Shown piece after piece: positions 23,702 through 37,921 of a stretch of DNA of 64,000 nt. Both the position numbers and the translations under genes were made by a program. Position 1 is the first letter of the stretch, and every line of letters starts with the position of its first letter. The notes below the pieces were generated by a model that saw only the letters and a list, made by a program, of their open reading frames with translations, searched no databases and was not told the DNA's origin. The stretch comes from Felis catus (taxonomy: Eukaryota): contig NC_058376.1 in NCBI RefSeq assembly GCF_018350175.1, positions 32,798,001-32,862,000 of the forward strand. The letters run 5' to 3'.

Positions 23702-24861
23702 CTACCACTTCTATGTAGAGCACAAAGGAATTCTAATACCTTCCATAGTTGACACTGTCTAGCTTGCTCACTGCAGGATGTTCCCAAATGCCCTTTCCGG
23801 TTTTCTCTCTGGTTTATTATTTTAATGGTTCTAGTAGAAACGGCTCCATTTCTCAGCTAATATCAGCTAAGCCAAGTCTTCGTGAGTATATTATTGCATT
23901 CTCTACATGGACAGAGCCTGGAAATCTCTGCAACTCTGCCTTAAAAAAAGGAAGAATATATTTTATTTCTTGATGCTTTCTCCCAAGTAGGAAATCTTAA
24001 GCTTTCCTTCCACACAATTGCTTTTCTTTTGGATGGTTTTCAAAAGAACTAAATGTAGAGCAAATTCCAGGTTTAGTCCTCAGCCTTGGGGGCTGTTGTT
24101 CCCTCATCAAAGAGCCCATCCATTTATTGACAGATTTATTAAGGCTATTTGAAAAATTAAGCCTCCTAGATTTCCTGTCTCCAAATAGATTTTGAATTTG
24201 ATCCTGCAGGCACTCACCTGACCTCCCCTTGAACCGTTATCAGGGGTTTCTTATTCTCTCTGCATTTGACTCCCTTAGGATGCATAGTAATGACTACAGC
24301 ATTACCTCTGACATACAGGTTTAGTAAGTTCTCTGCTTGATTTATATTTTGGTTCTTATGATCCATTCAGTGCTTGTTTATGTTTTCCGTAGTTTAATGT
24401 TAAGATAAATCATCTCTTACCCAATCTTTGCTAGAAAACACTTTGTAAGACTAACTCCCAAATCCCTTACCCTAGGAAGTCTACTACTATATTCCAGAAT
24501 TTAAGAAAGTGTTAGTGAAGATTTATCCAGAAGTCTTCAGTTCTCATTCAGAATATTTAGGAAGTATCCACCATCAACGACCCAACTCTCAAGGAATCTA
24601 ATCGATATCCATGCCAGGAGTACTGGAATGTTTAAGCAAATCAATCAGAATACATTTTTCTATGAGAATTGTAATAAAAATACTATTGTAGAGCTTGGTG
24701 TCAGATTTCTTACAATAAGCTGAAGATATTCCTCCTCTGAGAGTGCATGTACCACTGTTATTTAGGACACCATAAATCAGTATGAGTTACTGAGTTCATA
24801 CGGAGGAAATATAAAAACTGCTACTTCTTTCGTGACAATGTGTATGTAAAAGTAATGAAAA

Positions 24862-25290
24862 TGTGGCAGTCACTGATGGTAGCCTATGCAATAATTATTT
24901 CTCCACTCATCATTTCTCAGTGATAGAGCTTTGTCTGTGATGACAAAGGTTGAAATTCTCAGTTATTTGCTTTGCTACTCTCTTTTGCAGCAAAGTCACA
25001 TGCAAATACCAATCAATGAGATTTTAAGAAAATTGTGCTGGAGACTCCTCAAAAATATATTAGATGATATATATTATACCATATGAATAACCTAATAACA
25101 TATATATGACATATAACATTACCAAACAATATATTTGGACAGGAGATTATTTTCCCTGTAATAAAAGAGAATAGTAGATTTATTCCCTGTCATTCCTTGT
25201 TAAGTATGTTGACATTTAAGGGCATGATGACTGGAGCTGTGGCAATCATCTGTGACCATGAGGAAAACTCATGAGACCAGAGAAGCAGAT
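24862..25290 (+). mobile_element. Old MaLR LTR fragment (MLT1H-J-like)
   Basis: tgtggcag start and tgatgactggagctgtggcaatcatctgtgaccatgag motif. Confidence 0.55.
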
Positions 25291-25342
25291 ATTTTACCAT
25301 TAATTTCTTCTCTCAGTCTCACACATTTTACCAGTAGGGGGG

Positions 25343-25674
25343 TGCTGAAGATCGAGTGTGTCCCTCCAAAATTCAAATATTGAAATCCTAACCTTCAAAG
25401 TGATGGTATTAGAATATGGGAACTTTGTAAGATGATCAGGTCATGAGAGCGGTGCCCTCATGAATAGGAATAAAGCCTTTATAAAAACATTCCAGAGAAT
25501 CATGGTGAGAAGATGGCTGTCTATGAACAATGAAGCAGGTTCTAACCAAATTTGCCACTGCCTTGATCGTGGACTTACCAGCTCCAGAACTGTGAGAAAT
25601 AAATTTCTCTTGTTTATAAACCACCCAGGTTTACCTATGGTATCCTGTTATAGTAGCATGAGTGGTCTAAAACA
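25343..25674 (+). mobile_element. MLT1A-like MaLR solo LTR
   Basis: gtgtccctccaaaattcaaatattgaaatcctaacc...ccagctccagaactgtgagaaataaatttct...ctaaaaCA. Confidence 0.88.
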
Positions 25675-25829
25675 AAGGATGCTTTATGCATAGTTTTTTG
25701 GTCTATAATTGTATTTATTATATATGTGCATATACTTTATAATATACTAAGATGAAATAGTATTTGTCATTACCTGGTTCTCTACCTTGCTTTTCCTATT
25801 AACAATATATCCTGGAGATTTAGCCATGA

Positions 25830-25881
25830 ACATGCATGCACATGTGCGCGCACACACACGCACACACACACACACACACAC
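25830..25881. repeat. (CA)n / alternating purine-pyrimidine tract
   Basis: Read directly. Confidence 0.9.
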
Positions 25882-25964
25882 ATTTTTCCATTTTCTCAAC
25901 AGCTACATAATAGTTCGAAATAACTTTGTACCAATGTATATATGGAACAAAATTACTTTTTATA

Positions 25965-26171
25965 ATTTTTTTTTAGTGTTTGTTTTTGAAGGAGAGAGAG
26001 ACAGAGTGTGCGTTGGGGGTGCAGGGCAGAGAGAGAGGGAGACACAGAATCCAAAGCAGGCTCCAGGCTCCGAGGTGTCAAAGCCTGATGTGGGGCTCTA
26101 ACCCACAAACCGCGAGATCATGACCTGAGCCAAAGTCGGACGCTCAAGTGACTGAGCCACCCAGGTGCCCC
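25965..26171 (-). mobile_element. CanSINE
   Basis: Full length; degenerate TSD acaaaattactttttata / acaaaataattttttata. Confidence 0.95.
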
Positions 26172-26218
26172 ACAAAATAATTTTTTATATAGGTGAAACT
26201 CTTTCTACCAGGATTGTA

Positions 26219-26246
26219 CTTAAAAAATTTTTTATGTTTATTCATT

Positions 26247-26289
<43 letters not shown>

Positions 26290-26451
26290 AAGCAGGAGAG
26301 GGGCAAAGAGAGAGGGAGACACAATTCAAAGCAGGCTCCAGACTCTGAGCCATCAGCATGGAGCCCAATGTGGGGCTTGAACTCACAAACCATGAGATCA
26401 TGACATGAGCTGAAGTTGGATGCTTAACCAACTGAGCCACCCAATTGCCCC
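26219..26451 (-). mobile_element. CanSINE with (GA)n expansion
   Basis: TSD taccaggattgt on both sides. Confidence 0.95.
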
Positions 26452-26849
26452 TTACCAGGATTGTTTTTAAATGCTCTTCACATTTCAGATACATATCCCA
26501 GACAGCATTCCAAATTACTATGCATCTATATACACAGAAAACACACACACACACACACACATAAATACACATAAACACCTACAGAGTTATATAGTACCCT
26601 AGTGTGCTCCCAGTCGTATTTGTCTAATTGTCCGGTCCAGTGTCCACACCATACTCAGAAGCTTTCTGGAATATTTCTGATAGAGCAAGTTCCATGAATA
26701 CTATCATCAAAACCATGAATAGATCTCAGAGATTATAAATGTTCTTTAATTTCAGGCAACATTCTTACATCCATGTTTGATTGTTTTGAAACTTTGGATA
26801 CCTAACATTTTGTGTTTGAAAAAGTTAATACAGATTTAATGTATCTAAT

Positions 26850-26955
26850 TCATAAGATAGAAGTAACACAATATCTGGGCCCCCTGTGGGCCCCAAACTC
26901 ACAACCCCAAGATCAAGAGTTACATGTTCTACCGACTGACCCAGCCAGACACACC
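26850..26955 (-). mobile_element. Older short CanSINE fragment
   Basis: aactcacaaccccaagatcaagagttacatgttctaccgactga; same type as 15733-16086 and 47688-47824. Confidence 0.75.
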
Positions 26956-27272
26956 TTCAAGTTCATTTTACTTTCACAAAGTGGCCTTTTGTTGTCACTG
27001 CTGGAATTTATCCAGCTCAAGAAAAATTCTGAATTAATACAGGTACCAATTGAGAAAGAATGAAATAGACAGCCCACAGTACCCCCAAAGCCTTTCCACT
27101 GAATCAGAGATCTCTGTAAACCTTGGGAGACTACCAGAATGAAAATCTGGAAGAAAAGTTGATCTTTGTTGAACATTCTATTCTTTACCCATGTTCCCTG
27201 GCTTTCTAATCAGCACGCATTCACCCTGCAGTCACACTACATGCAAGCTAATACACCTTATAGAGATATGCG

Positions 27273-27330
27273 CAAAACAAAAAACAAAAAACAAAAAACA
27301 AAAAAAACAAAGAAGAAGAGAAGGAGAGGA
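27273..27330. repeat. (AAAAAAC)n / purine-rich simple repeat
   Basis: Read directly; source of the K/R-rich ORF at 27166-27405. Confidence 0.85.
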
Positions 27331-29445
27331 GGAAGTAACACAATAATCAAGAGCATCTGGTTCACTTTTAAAGAAACCCAATATTTTGAAGATATTGAAG
27401 TTTAAGCCAATGAAAATATACTTCACTAAAACATTACAAGGTGATTTAAAAAGAAAAATATTTCATTTGATAGTGCTAAAAAACCAGATTAGTCTATATG
27501 AAAAAGTAGAGTACATTATAACTGATACTACTACAAAAATGTGTGCCCCAAATTACCCAGTTGTGTCAACTGCCATGAACTCAGGCAATGGCCTCCCTAA
27601 TGCTTCTAGTATGTTCACTGCTGGTCAACTGCAACACAATATGTACATTACTGATCCTGGCACATCAATGGCAGCAAAGCTTTCTGCAATATTAGCAAAT
27701 GCTTATCTGATCATTTTTTTAGGATGCACCCTCTCGAACTATGAACATTTCAGAGAATTGTGTCCCTTTCCCTGCCATTTGGTTAAAGTGCTTTATTGTT
27801 TGAGAAGCTGTTGTTCCCAGGAATAATAATAAATACAAGTCTTGCATCTCTTAAATGCCTAAATCTTATTAATAATGTTTCCTTTTAGAATTGTATGTAA
27901 ATGCCATGTTAAATTTTATTTTTTGTAATCTCTTTAATCAGAAACAAGGGAATTAGCCAGCTGTTTGGAACTCATGTTAAGAAGTAATTAAACATCTGAT
28001 TGAATATCTGTGCATATCAAATGAGAAAGGCTAGTGTTTGTACACAAGACAGACTACACCGATTATAATTTCACAAGGCCCTACCAGATGACAATGGTAG
28101 AGTGGCGGTTAAAGGTTTGCTCCAATATTTCTACGTCTATGACATTTTCCCTCAAAAAAAAAAATTCCATAGTTTGGCAGGTAGTTTAGCATAACATGTA
28201 AATCATGGGAACTAAATTTTCATTGATTAAAACATATCCTTACAGCTGAATACCAACATAAATTTTTGTATTATGCAATTTTTTCCAAGGGAATGTTGCA
28301 CATTTTGCAAGTTTTACAAAATGAAATTATCAGATATTTTGTTATAAAAACATTTCTCAATACCTTTTGCATTTGAAGATAAATAGAAGATAAAATGATA
28401 AATAGAAGATGGCAAAAAGAATTATTTTCAAGTTCATAAATGTATTAGTTGTTTTAGGAAAGATATATGGTGTGTGTTTTTTTAAGACTTGAGGTGAATA
28501 GGCTGTGTCCAGAATAATTGTGGAATAATTTAATATCACTTTAGGTCTTTTGCTACAGATCCATGCTGACTTTTCTTTGCAATTTAAAGTATGTTTTCTG
28601 AAATATAAATACGAAAGAAATGAAAATAAAATCTACATTTTAATATTTTATAGTATTGATATTAATGCTTAATTGACATGGTGCTTGGAAAAGTCAGAGC
28701 TGTTGATTTAAATCACTGGCAGTTTGGAAAAAAAGTAAAAATGCTATAACTTTGAGTTGTATATTAAGATTTGCATAGTGGATCAGACTATTAATCTTTT
28801 TAGCCCAACAGCACATAGTGGACAACTTTTCATGCTTAAGAAGGAGATAAAATCCTCCATAACACATATGCCCAATCGTGCAATGAAATTTTATTTCTTG
28901 GACTTCTTCAGAGTAAAAAGTGTCTATTCATCATTATGTTTCATTTTACGATGTGGACTATTGCCCAGAGGAATTCTGCAAAGGTTCAAAGATTAATTTT
29001 ACATGTGGCACCAAGTTGGACCTGAATCTAGGCTTTGAAACTTGTAATAATTCTTTCACTAATATGATTATTTTTCATAATTCCTTCGAGGTTACTGTAA
29101 TGCAAGTACATGAATCAACATTGTTTGATAAGTTGCAGAAATGATGTATTTCAGGGCAATGAAATTTGGCATATTTTACCAAAGATTTTCAAAGCCTACT
29201 ATTCCAACAGTTGATAAAGTTATGATAACACAGCAGTTCAAACATTGCTATCTTACATTTGTATCTTTAAAAGATCATAGAACCAAGAGTTCAACAGTAC
29301 TCGAATATTTTCATAAAACATGGTTTAGTTTATAGCCCAGAATTTAGAGGGTTTTATATGCTCACTGATTATAAATTCAAAGAGTCGTCCAAAGAATGTC
29401 ACAGAGGTTCAGTTGATAAAAGACACCTTAACTGAAATTATCTTT

Positions 29446-29617
29446 TATTATTTATTGTTTTTTAAAAATTATTTGAGTAAAGTTGACACACAATGTCACA
29501 TTAGTTTCAGGTGTACAACATAGTGATTCAACATCTCTAGATGTTACGCTATGCTCACCACAAGTGTAGCTACCATCTGCCATTATATAACACCATTACA
29601 ATATCACTGAATATATC
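29446..29617 (-). mobile_element. Carnivore L1 3' fragment
   Basis: agttgacacacaatgtcacattagtttcaggtgtacaacatagtgattca...ctcaccacaagtgtagctacc; same family as 40880-41065. Confidence 0.85.
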
Positions 29618-31487
29618 CTTAAATTATATTTTATTTTACAGATCACATTAAAACCCTGCTAAAGGTCAAGGTTTTCCTGGGTTGATGGTATCTCCCAACT
29701 TCTCTGATGGTGTAACTGTATGTAATTCTATTTTTCAATATCAATTCCAGGCACATATACTATATATACATGTTAATATGACTTCTAGAATGTGCAGGTA
29801 AGATCATTACTTATTTCTTCTACTTATTCAACAATAAGATCAGGTAAGTTCCTAGACTCAGCTAGTGTGTCTTGATCTTAGATCAGGTTGACCTGGGAAG
29901 GCTGAGGGTCAACAATGAGGACTTTATTCTTGATCAACTGTACTCTACTGAACTCTGTGGTCATGCTGCCATTTTAGATTCTGCCAATATGGATGAGCTT
30001 CCCCTGATGTACGTTTTGTGGGTTCCAGCACACATCCAGACTTGCCTCCATGTCTGGGCTTGGAAGGAGTGACTAGTTATGCTTTCAGAAGGTCTGGTCT
30101 GCAATGGTGTGATGATCTGACTTCTTGAATGTACTTCTGTACCTTTTTTTTATATGTAAATGTGCTTTGAATCACCAATGAGATGTTCATGTCTGATCTG
30201 TCTCTCAGTCTGAGCCTATTACTGATATGTGTCACTAATAATTGTGCATTAGCTAAACATGGACAATCCCCATATCTAGTTCCCTAGTCCCCCTGAATGT
30301 GTATGTGTGTGTGTTTAATAAAATTTCAAAAATTGAAGAAGACTACATAATAAATTCTCATGATCCATCACTCAACATCAACAATTTTCATTTAATACGA
30401 TCTTCCACTCCACCTCCCATAGAGAGACACCCAGGTTCCAGTAAAAAAAAAAAAAAAAAAATCCACTCTCTGGTTTGATAAACACATGCATTTCAGCCTT
30501 TCTTGATACTAGTTTCTCTGTCTGAAGTGCTTATAGCAAACCAGTTCTTTATTCCCAGCTCAGCTCACTCCTTCACCATCTAGTTTCACTTTAATCTTTG
30601 AGAAGAGTGACCTGAAAACCAAGCTCCCTCTTTAATCTGTCTCCACATCATGTTCAAGGCATGCCATCATTTAAGTTATACCTTTTGCCTCCACCTATAT
30701 GATCACATTAGGTAGAGGTTACTTATGGCCATGAAGATCATCTTCTTAAATATTTTTACATCCTGTGTAAAACTCTTAAGGCTAAAGTATGTTTGAATAA
30801 AAATTATAACAAATACTTAATAATATGGTATTTTTATGTATATCTTGCATAGTAATGTATATGAAATTTTTGACTACATTTCTCTTTTATACTTAATGGA
30901 TAAAATATTCCCCTATTTGAGTAAATTTCTGGTAACTATTCCATCCCAGTGTCCTGGATAAAACAAAATTCTGAAATAGTACCACCTCCGTATTGGTAAG
31001 CATATACATATTTGCCTCACTTGAAAGTTTATGCTTGGAAATCATATTACATCTGAAAACAGTCTCAGCAACACCATCTACAATTCCAGTGATGTTAATC
31101 CATGTACATTCACCCACACTTCACTACCTGGTTCATAGGGTTATTGAACTGCTCACTGTAATTTAAGTGAAGTGACAGGTCAATTCAAGCAACTGATTTC
31201 ATCTTGTTTTTGCTGGTTGATTTTGATTGAAATTACCCACAACACCCAATGTGTTGACACTGTATTAACATGGCTCTCTACCCAGTGGCATCTCTGGCAC
31301 AGAGCGGGGTAGAAATTCAGAGGGTTTGGGGGAAAAGTGGGTAAGGATGGGGGTATATTAAATATTTAACAGTTTCAGGAGAGATACAGTATTCAATTAA
31401 GGAAAGTTAAATGGTACAGTTGTATACATGCATATAAATATGCCTCCCTGGATATGTTTCTTATCAAACTTTGAAAGTTAAATCTAA

Positions 31488-31569
31488 GTATGTAAGTGAT
31501 GAATCACTGGATTCTACTCCTGAAACCAATATTGCACTGTATGTTAACTAATATCTAAATTTAAAAAAA
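31488..31569 (+). mobile_element. Very short L1 3'-end insertion (about 80 bp)
   Basis: gtatgtaagtgatgaatcactggattctactcctgaaaccaatattgcactgtatgttaactaa plus A tail; TSD-like gaaagtt(g)aaat. Confidence 0.85.
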
Positions 31570-31711
31570 GAAAGTTGAAATGAAAAACCCACCAAAATAC
31601 TTTGTTACAACCTGTCCACTTTCTGTTGCCCCCTCAAATTTCACTGTGCATTCTCTAGAAAAATATGTATCTTTATATATGCCTTATAAGGTATCTATAG
31701 GATATTAAACT

Positions 31712-31815
31712 TAAATATTACTATATATTACTATATATTAAATATTAAATATTAAATATTACTATATATTACTATATTACTATATATTACTATATATATC
31801 TATATACATATATAT
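31712..31815. repeat. AT-rich tandem repeat, (ATATTACTAT)n / (ATATTAA)n
   Basis: Read directly. Confidence 0.9.
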
Positions 31816-32499
31816 TTCTAATTAAAAAATAACTTAACCAAGAGAATGATGATTATTTCCTATAATACATTTTACTCCAATAGAATTACCCAGCACATTA
31901 ATCAATCAGGTCATCAACCCTGATTTTCTAGGGTTTGCTCTTCAGTTAAATTAGATCATCCGCTGGTGGGGAATAATATTTTTCCACAGTCATTGGGCCA
32001 AACCTGCAAATACAATGATCTTTCATGTCTAAAGGACTGTCAGTAGCAATTAACGGGATTTATTATTAAAGTGTCTAAAATCACAGATTCTAATTTTCTG
32101 CTTCAGTGTATGAGTCTGTACTATTATATTTGCTCACAAATTTGCATAATTTAGAAGTTTAAAACATTCCCAAACTTCAAGTATTTATTCTCTGTCAGGG
32201 CAAATGTACTGTCACATATTTCTTTCTAATTTGCTTTTTCAGATTACAAAATTTTGGCAAGAAGAAGTCTCCCTGTAACTTTCTGAACAAAATTATTCAT
32301 CAGAAATAGAATAGAAAACACTGACTTTCTACATATTTTATTTTTAAACTAACTTTGGCTAATTAGCATTAACAGAAATTCTTTCAAGGTTCACCCACAT
32401 CTTCAATATGTAATACATATTAGAAATAAATAACATTACTGGTAATAATGCATGACTTTGATTTAAAAAGTAAAACCTCTGCTTCTCAATGAAGAGGAC

Positions 32500-32635
32500 T
32501 AACTCATTCAATCCTCACAAAACCTCTATTATTTCCATTAACAGATGAGGTAGCTGAGATTGAAAGTGATTGAGTTTCTAATCCCTCAGCTCGTAAACTG
32601 ATGAGGCAGGATTCCAACGTGGTTCTGTTTTCATG
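32500..32635 (-). mobile_element. MIR fragment
   Basis: ctcattcaatcctcacaa...ccattaacagatgaggtagctgag, the MIR core in antisense. Confidence 0.65.
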
Positions 32636-35600
32636 ACTTGCTTCTTCCCCACTACTTTATTTTGCAGTGGGCAGGAAGGTACGGGTGGAATTCTAGATTG
32701 TTCTACCTGCCAAATCATCAGCCTATACTCTCCCCTTTAATATATCAATATACTTTCAGTAAATAAAATGCATTTAAACATAATGGGATTTCACAGGAAT
32801 ATGTCACCTTATAGAATATGACAATTCAAAATAGATTACACTTGAGAATAATGTAAAAACAGAATGTAACCATTTTTTATCATTTTGCTTTATGAAAATA
32901 CCAACCCCCATGTGGATTTACTTCATACAATGAACTAAATGATGTGTCTGACGTAGAAAATATTTGTTCACTGCACATGCAGGAGGGAGAGAAGCTATTC
33001 ATTAATTGTCATCTTCCCAAGTAATTATAAACTGGAGAACATGCTTGGAATCACTTCAGGGAATATATTTCTAGGGGAAAATAGACAAATGTGTATGTAA
33101 CAGCTAAGCATTCCTAAAGGGTGAGGTTCTCCAGATTTGCTTTTTTCAAGGCTTTACGTTTAGTCTTAGAAACTGTCATTTCTCTTGTTCTGCATAAAAT
33201 ATGGCATTAAACGAGCCATACTGTTCCTTTCAAGTTGATTTGTGTTCCCTGAGACAGGGCATCAAATCACTGTGGGGTACCCCCCTGCTCTTGATTGCCT
33301 GGAAGAATAAAACTGGTAAAGAGATAGTGCCTCACTGGAGAACCCAACTGAAAGAAAGCACAGAGCAAAAGCATTGATTTGACCTGTTAAATGGATTATT
33401 CAAGCCGCATATAAAAATTTCTTATAGTTTTAGGTTGTCACTAAATTGATTTATGATTAATGCTGGGTGAATAGTTCAGAATAATAAATCTGGGCTTAAT
33501 CCATACAAAAGCATACACATATATTCTGCCTCCCAACAGAAGCAAGGTCTTTTTATTAGCTGCGTTCAGATCTGACTCATGAAATCTTTCACTCTGAGCA
33601 ACTCAGGATTCAAGAAGAGAACTCATCTTGTCCTTATTCCATTCCCTTGAAGTCCCCGGGAGATTTTCTAAATGCAGTTGTGGAAATATGCTCTAAGCTT
33701 CAAGGTAGTCATGTATATGCAAATGTGTTGGTATATTTTACAGTTTCATCACCTAGTGACTTTATATAGTTGTTGTCTTTCCTTTGAAGCCTGATGGAAC
33801 CAGGAATAAGCAAAAATATATAGACTAAAAGAAAAAAAAAGTGAGAAATGATTCCAGAAACCGTGGGGATTTCACACTATAAAGGTCCTGGGGTACAGAT
33901 TACATGGAAGAATAGTTAATATAGAACAACACAGTATTCAACCCGGTTTTCATTAGGCATACCCAGTTGAGGACTGAAAAGTATAAGCAACATTAGTTCA
34001 AAGGAATAAAACAATGATTTTCAAATTTAACATACAATGTTTTTTTTCTTTAGTCTACTTAAATGCTACTTTTAGGTAGAGGATAATTTTTTTATCATAT
34101 TTCTTTCAGAAACTTTAGATAAATGTGTCTTTTTCTAGGAGAAATATTTTATGTCTCATTGTTTTACTATGCAATAACATTTTTCCTTTAATGTTTTTAG
34201 TCATTTTACAGTTTAGTCTCCACAAAATTTGAATGTTTACAGCAAATATTTAATGCTCAATCCATAGATAAAAATTATTGAAATTTAGACCATTTTAACC
34301 TATAATTATAGATTAATTTGTCTTCTAAATTAATTTGAAACTAACTAACCAGATAAAGTGTTTTCAAATAACAAAGTATTCTACCTTTGAATGGCACTGA
34401 ACATATTAATATAAATACAGAGATAGGCATATTCACAAGACTTTAGTACGTGTCCTGGGAAACATTTGAAATACTACGCATTGCACATATTGGGTACAAA
34501 TTATAAGCTATATGCTTTCTAGGATTTGTTTGTATCTTTTTGTATTCCTGATAAAAGAATAATACACATTAAGTGTATAGAAATATTCACCTCAAAACAT
34601 CCATATCTTGAATACTGCAAATTATATTTTCTCGGTCAAAAGCATGCATTTTAATAACCATTCATACTAAGGTACAGGAGGAATATTGAGGTAGAAATCA
34701 TAAGCCAAGTATTTAGCTTTGGACTTTGCATTGTTAATTAGCATGACCTTCATGTGTCTTTTATCCCTAAAATGATACAGTATCTGTCCAATTTAACTAA
34801 CACACTTTTTATAAAACAAAGGAAATGAGAGACTATATATTAATGCATTTAATAATCTCTGAAGTGATATCTGAGGATGATTTCTTAGAAATTTATGTTT
34901 ACCATTTTCCTACCTGACATATATTCCTAAGTAGCATTTCTGTAGAAATGGATAGATTAAAGGGAATGTTATTCAATGAGTAGCATGTGAACAGAAATAA
35001 AATAAACTGCAAAGTTCCAAGGAAATTGCTTGTGGCCACTCACTGAACTTCCTGATACCTCAGAGAGTACAATGATACCTGAAAAAAGTGATGGATGGTG
35101 AGAAGCACGCACCAAATACAAGTCATCAAGTCCTGAAAATTGTATACACACACTCTCCCAATCTGTAATTGCCTTCTCAATCACTAATGCAGTCTGCACG
35201 GGAACGTCATTTCCTATTTCCTCACAAGTACACAGACTGTGCAGATTAGCCAGTAACTAGACGTCATCCAGCCCTTGCCCTGTTGTCACTATTTTTTGCC
35301 CAAATCTTAGCATTATATAAGTTTAACCTGATTTCATGAAAAACAATATTTGAGATAAGACTAAAAGACTTATTTGTCTGTTTCCTGAATACCTCAGTGA
35401 TACCCTAGTTTGGGGATGGGTAAAGGGACAAGAAAAGCAGAAGAGAGTTCTGAATTATAGATACTGAAAACGAGGAATTGATGGGAACAACATATGAACA
35501 TGTCCAGTTAGTAGAGAGCTGGCTTTGGACGGGAAAGGAGAGAACTGAAAAAGCTTAACCCATTACCTAATAAGAAGTTATAGCTAACTATGGAAATTAC

Positions 35601-35940
35601 TTTTGATCACCATTTTCTCACGCACACGAGAGCTTTAAAATAATTACATTTTCTTATTAGCAATCAAAATAACACATGGATAATCTACCAGCATAAGTAG
35701 CTTTTGTCTCCAATAGAACATAGGTTCTATCTACATTTCTGTAGGATTGATTATTAAGGAACAGACAATTTAATCTAAATTTTGAATGGCATAGTTGATT
35801 TAGGAGGACTTACGGAATAAAGTCAAATTTCCATAAGAGTTCAATTTGGTATTCTGCAATTTTTATATCTTTTGGAACATTTGTCCGTTTACAATGTGAA
35901 TTAAGAACTAAATAATGTTTGCTTTAATTTAACAAATATG

Positions 35941-36161
35941 GGGGCGCTTGGCTGGCTCAGCTGGTTAAGCATCTGACTCTTGATTTCAGCTCAGGTCATG
36001 ATCTTATGGCCATGGGATCGAGCCCCCCGTAGGGCTCTGCACTGACAACACAGAGCCTGCTTGGGATTCTCTGTCTCTGTCTCTCTCTCTCTCTCCCTGC
36101 CTCTCCCACCGCTCATACTTGACCATGTATGCTCTCTCAAAATAAATAAGCATTTAAAAAC
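35941..36161 (+). mobile_element. CanSINE
   Basis: TSD aatttaacaaatatg at 35926-35940 and 36162-36176. Confidence 0.96.
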
Positions 36162-36355
36162 AATTTAACAAATATGGGATGATAAATTTTTAATGAAAAA
36201 AAAACTGAGACACTTTTCCAGCAAGTATCTGAGCAATAATAATAAAAAACAATAATGAGTGCTGCTGAACTTTTACTGAAAATATAGAGATTTAATCATA
36301 TATTTTCCTCTGTCTCAGTCTATGCTTCCCATTTGCTTAGAAATGCTACAAAGGT

Positions 36356-36577
36356 GGGATGCCTGGGTATGCTCACTCGGTTAAGTGTCTGACTTTGGCT
36401 CAGGTCATGATCTCATGGTTCATGAGCTCAAGCCCCGCGTCGGGCTCTGTGCTGACAGCTCAGAGCCTGGAGTCTGTTTCGGATTCTGTGTCTCCTTCTG
36501 TCTCTTGGTCCCTCCCTGGCTCTGTCTCTCAAAAATAAATAAATATTTTTAAAAAGTTAAAAAAAAAAAGAAAAAAA
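36356..36577 (+). mobile_element. CanSINE (felid)
   Basis: gggatgcctggg head, agccccgcgtcgggctctgtgctgacagctcagagcc, A tail. Confidence 0.95.
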
Positions 36578-36692
36578 AGATATATTACGAAGGCTATTAT
36601 TAAACCGGAACCTATCATGGAGAATCTACTCATTGCGTTCTTTGTTCCTTATAATAAAATGCAAATGACTTTAATGTGGTTTCTATGGTCCT

Positions 36693-37007
36693 TGTCTAAC
36701 AGCTCAGGCTGTTCTAACAAAATGCCATAGCCTGGGTGGCTTATACAATGTAAATTTTTTTTCTCACAGTTCTGGAGGCTGGAAGTCTGAGATGGGGGTG
36801 CCAGCACAGAGCCCTCCTCCTGTCTTGCAGATGCCTGCCTTCTCACGTGGCCTCACAGGGGCAGAGAGAGGGCTCGCCTGTGGACTCCTCATCACAAGGG
36901 CTCCGCCCTCATTACCTCATTTAAACTTAATTACGTCCCCAAATTCCACCTCTGTATAACATCACACACATAAATGTGGGGGAGGGGAAGACAATCAGCC
37001 AATCAAC
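36693..37007 (-). mobile_element. MLT1A-like MaLR solo LTR
   Basis: ccatagcctgggtggctta...ttctcacagttctggaggctggaagtctgagat, antisense MLT1A. Confidence 0.85.
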
Positions 37008-37029
37008 CCCACCGAATTTCAGACCTCAA

Positions 37030-37470
37030 TTTCCTCATCGTGTACTACTCTCACTTTTGTCTGTAGGTTCAAGCCCCTCTGGACTTTATATGGTTCTAAA
37101 ACACAAGTGTCTCTTTTCTGCCTTGGGTCCTCTACATACGCTTTCCTTTTCCTGAAACTCTTCCCTATTTTTGTCTGCTCTCTCCTCTTCATTCTGTTTT
37201 CTAGTCCAACAACCTCTTCCAGAAATCTTACTGATTCCAGTCTCCTCCAGCCTCTCTCGTACCACTCTGTCTTGTTTTGGCTTCTTTGCAGCATTTATCA
37301 ACACCTAAAACTAGCTCCTTTGTACATTGATTTGCTGATTTTGTTTGTCTATTTCTCTCATAGCATACAAAAATTCTCTGAGAGCCATCTACTTCCCTGC
37401 CTTGTCCCCTACTTTTCCCTAATGCCTAGCATACTGTAATCACTCAAGAAATATTAACTGAATGAGTTAA
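37030..37470 (+). mobile_element. L2 3' fragment
   Basis: Pyrimidine-rich L2 body ending cctaatgcctagcata...cactcaagaaatattaactgaatga; explains the ORFs at 37019-37439. Confidence 0.7.
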
Positions 37471-37731
37471 TCATGGAACATTTCCTTATGGAGTGAAACA
37501 ACAGCAATCTGGATCTTAGAACTTGAAATGGCCTCTCAATGTAAAAGTGACTTCTCTTCTACCTCTCCTCACAAAATAGGTAATAAAGCAGCAGATCCTA
37601 TGCCCTCAGTCACAGCCAGCATGGCATTGAAAAAAAAAAAAAGTTTTAGAACCACAAAATTACATCAGTATACTGTAAAGGCTTGTCTACCAGGCAAAAG
37701 GAAATGCATTTTCTTATTGGAAGATACTTTT

Positions 37732-37767
37732 TTTAAAACATTTTTTAATGTTTATTTATTTTTGAGA

Positions 37768-37801
<34 letters not shown>

Positions 37802-37921
37802 ATCAGAAGCAGGCTCTGTGCTGCCAGAGTAAGATGGACAAGGCGTTAGAACTCATGAACCTGCAAGATCATGACCTGAGCCCCAGTTAGACGCTCAACT
37901 GACTGAGCCACTCAGGTGCCC
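37732..37921 (-). mobile_element. CanSINE with 18 extra nt at its 5' junction
   Basis: agatcatgacctgagcc...gactgagccactcaggtgccc; TSD aagatactttt at 37721-37731 and 37940-37950. Confidence 0.9.

Noticed and set aside
25331-25345. Additional CTCF-like words (ccagtaggggggtgc here; cagtaaggtggcag at about 62635)
   Set aside because: Mismatches at core positions; too weak to call without a PWM scan.
27386-27826. 146-aa ORF in unique sequence
   Set aside because: No recognisable domain or homology, non-ATG start and no convincing splice context; an ORF of this length is plausible by chance in 64 kb across six frames.
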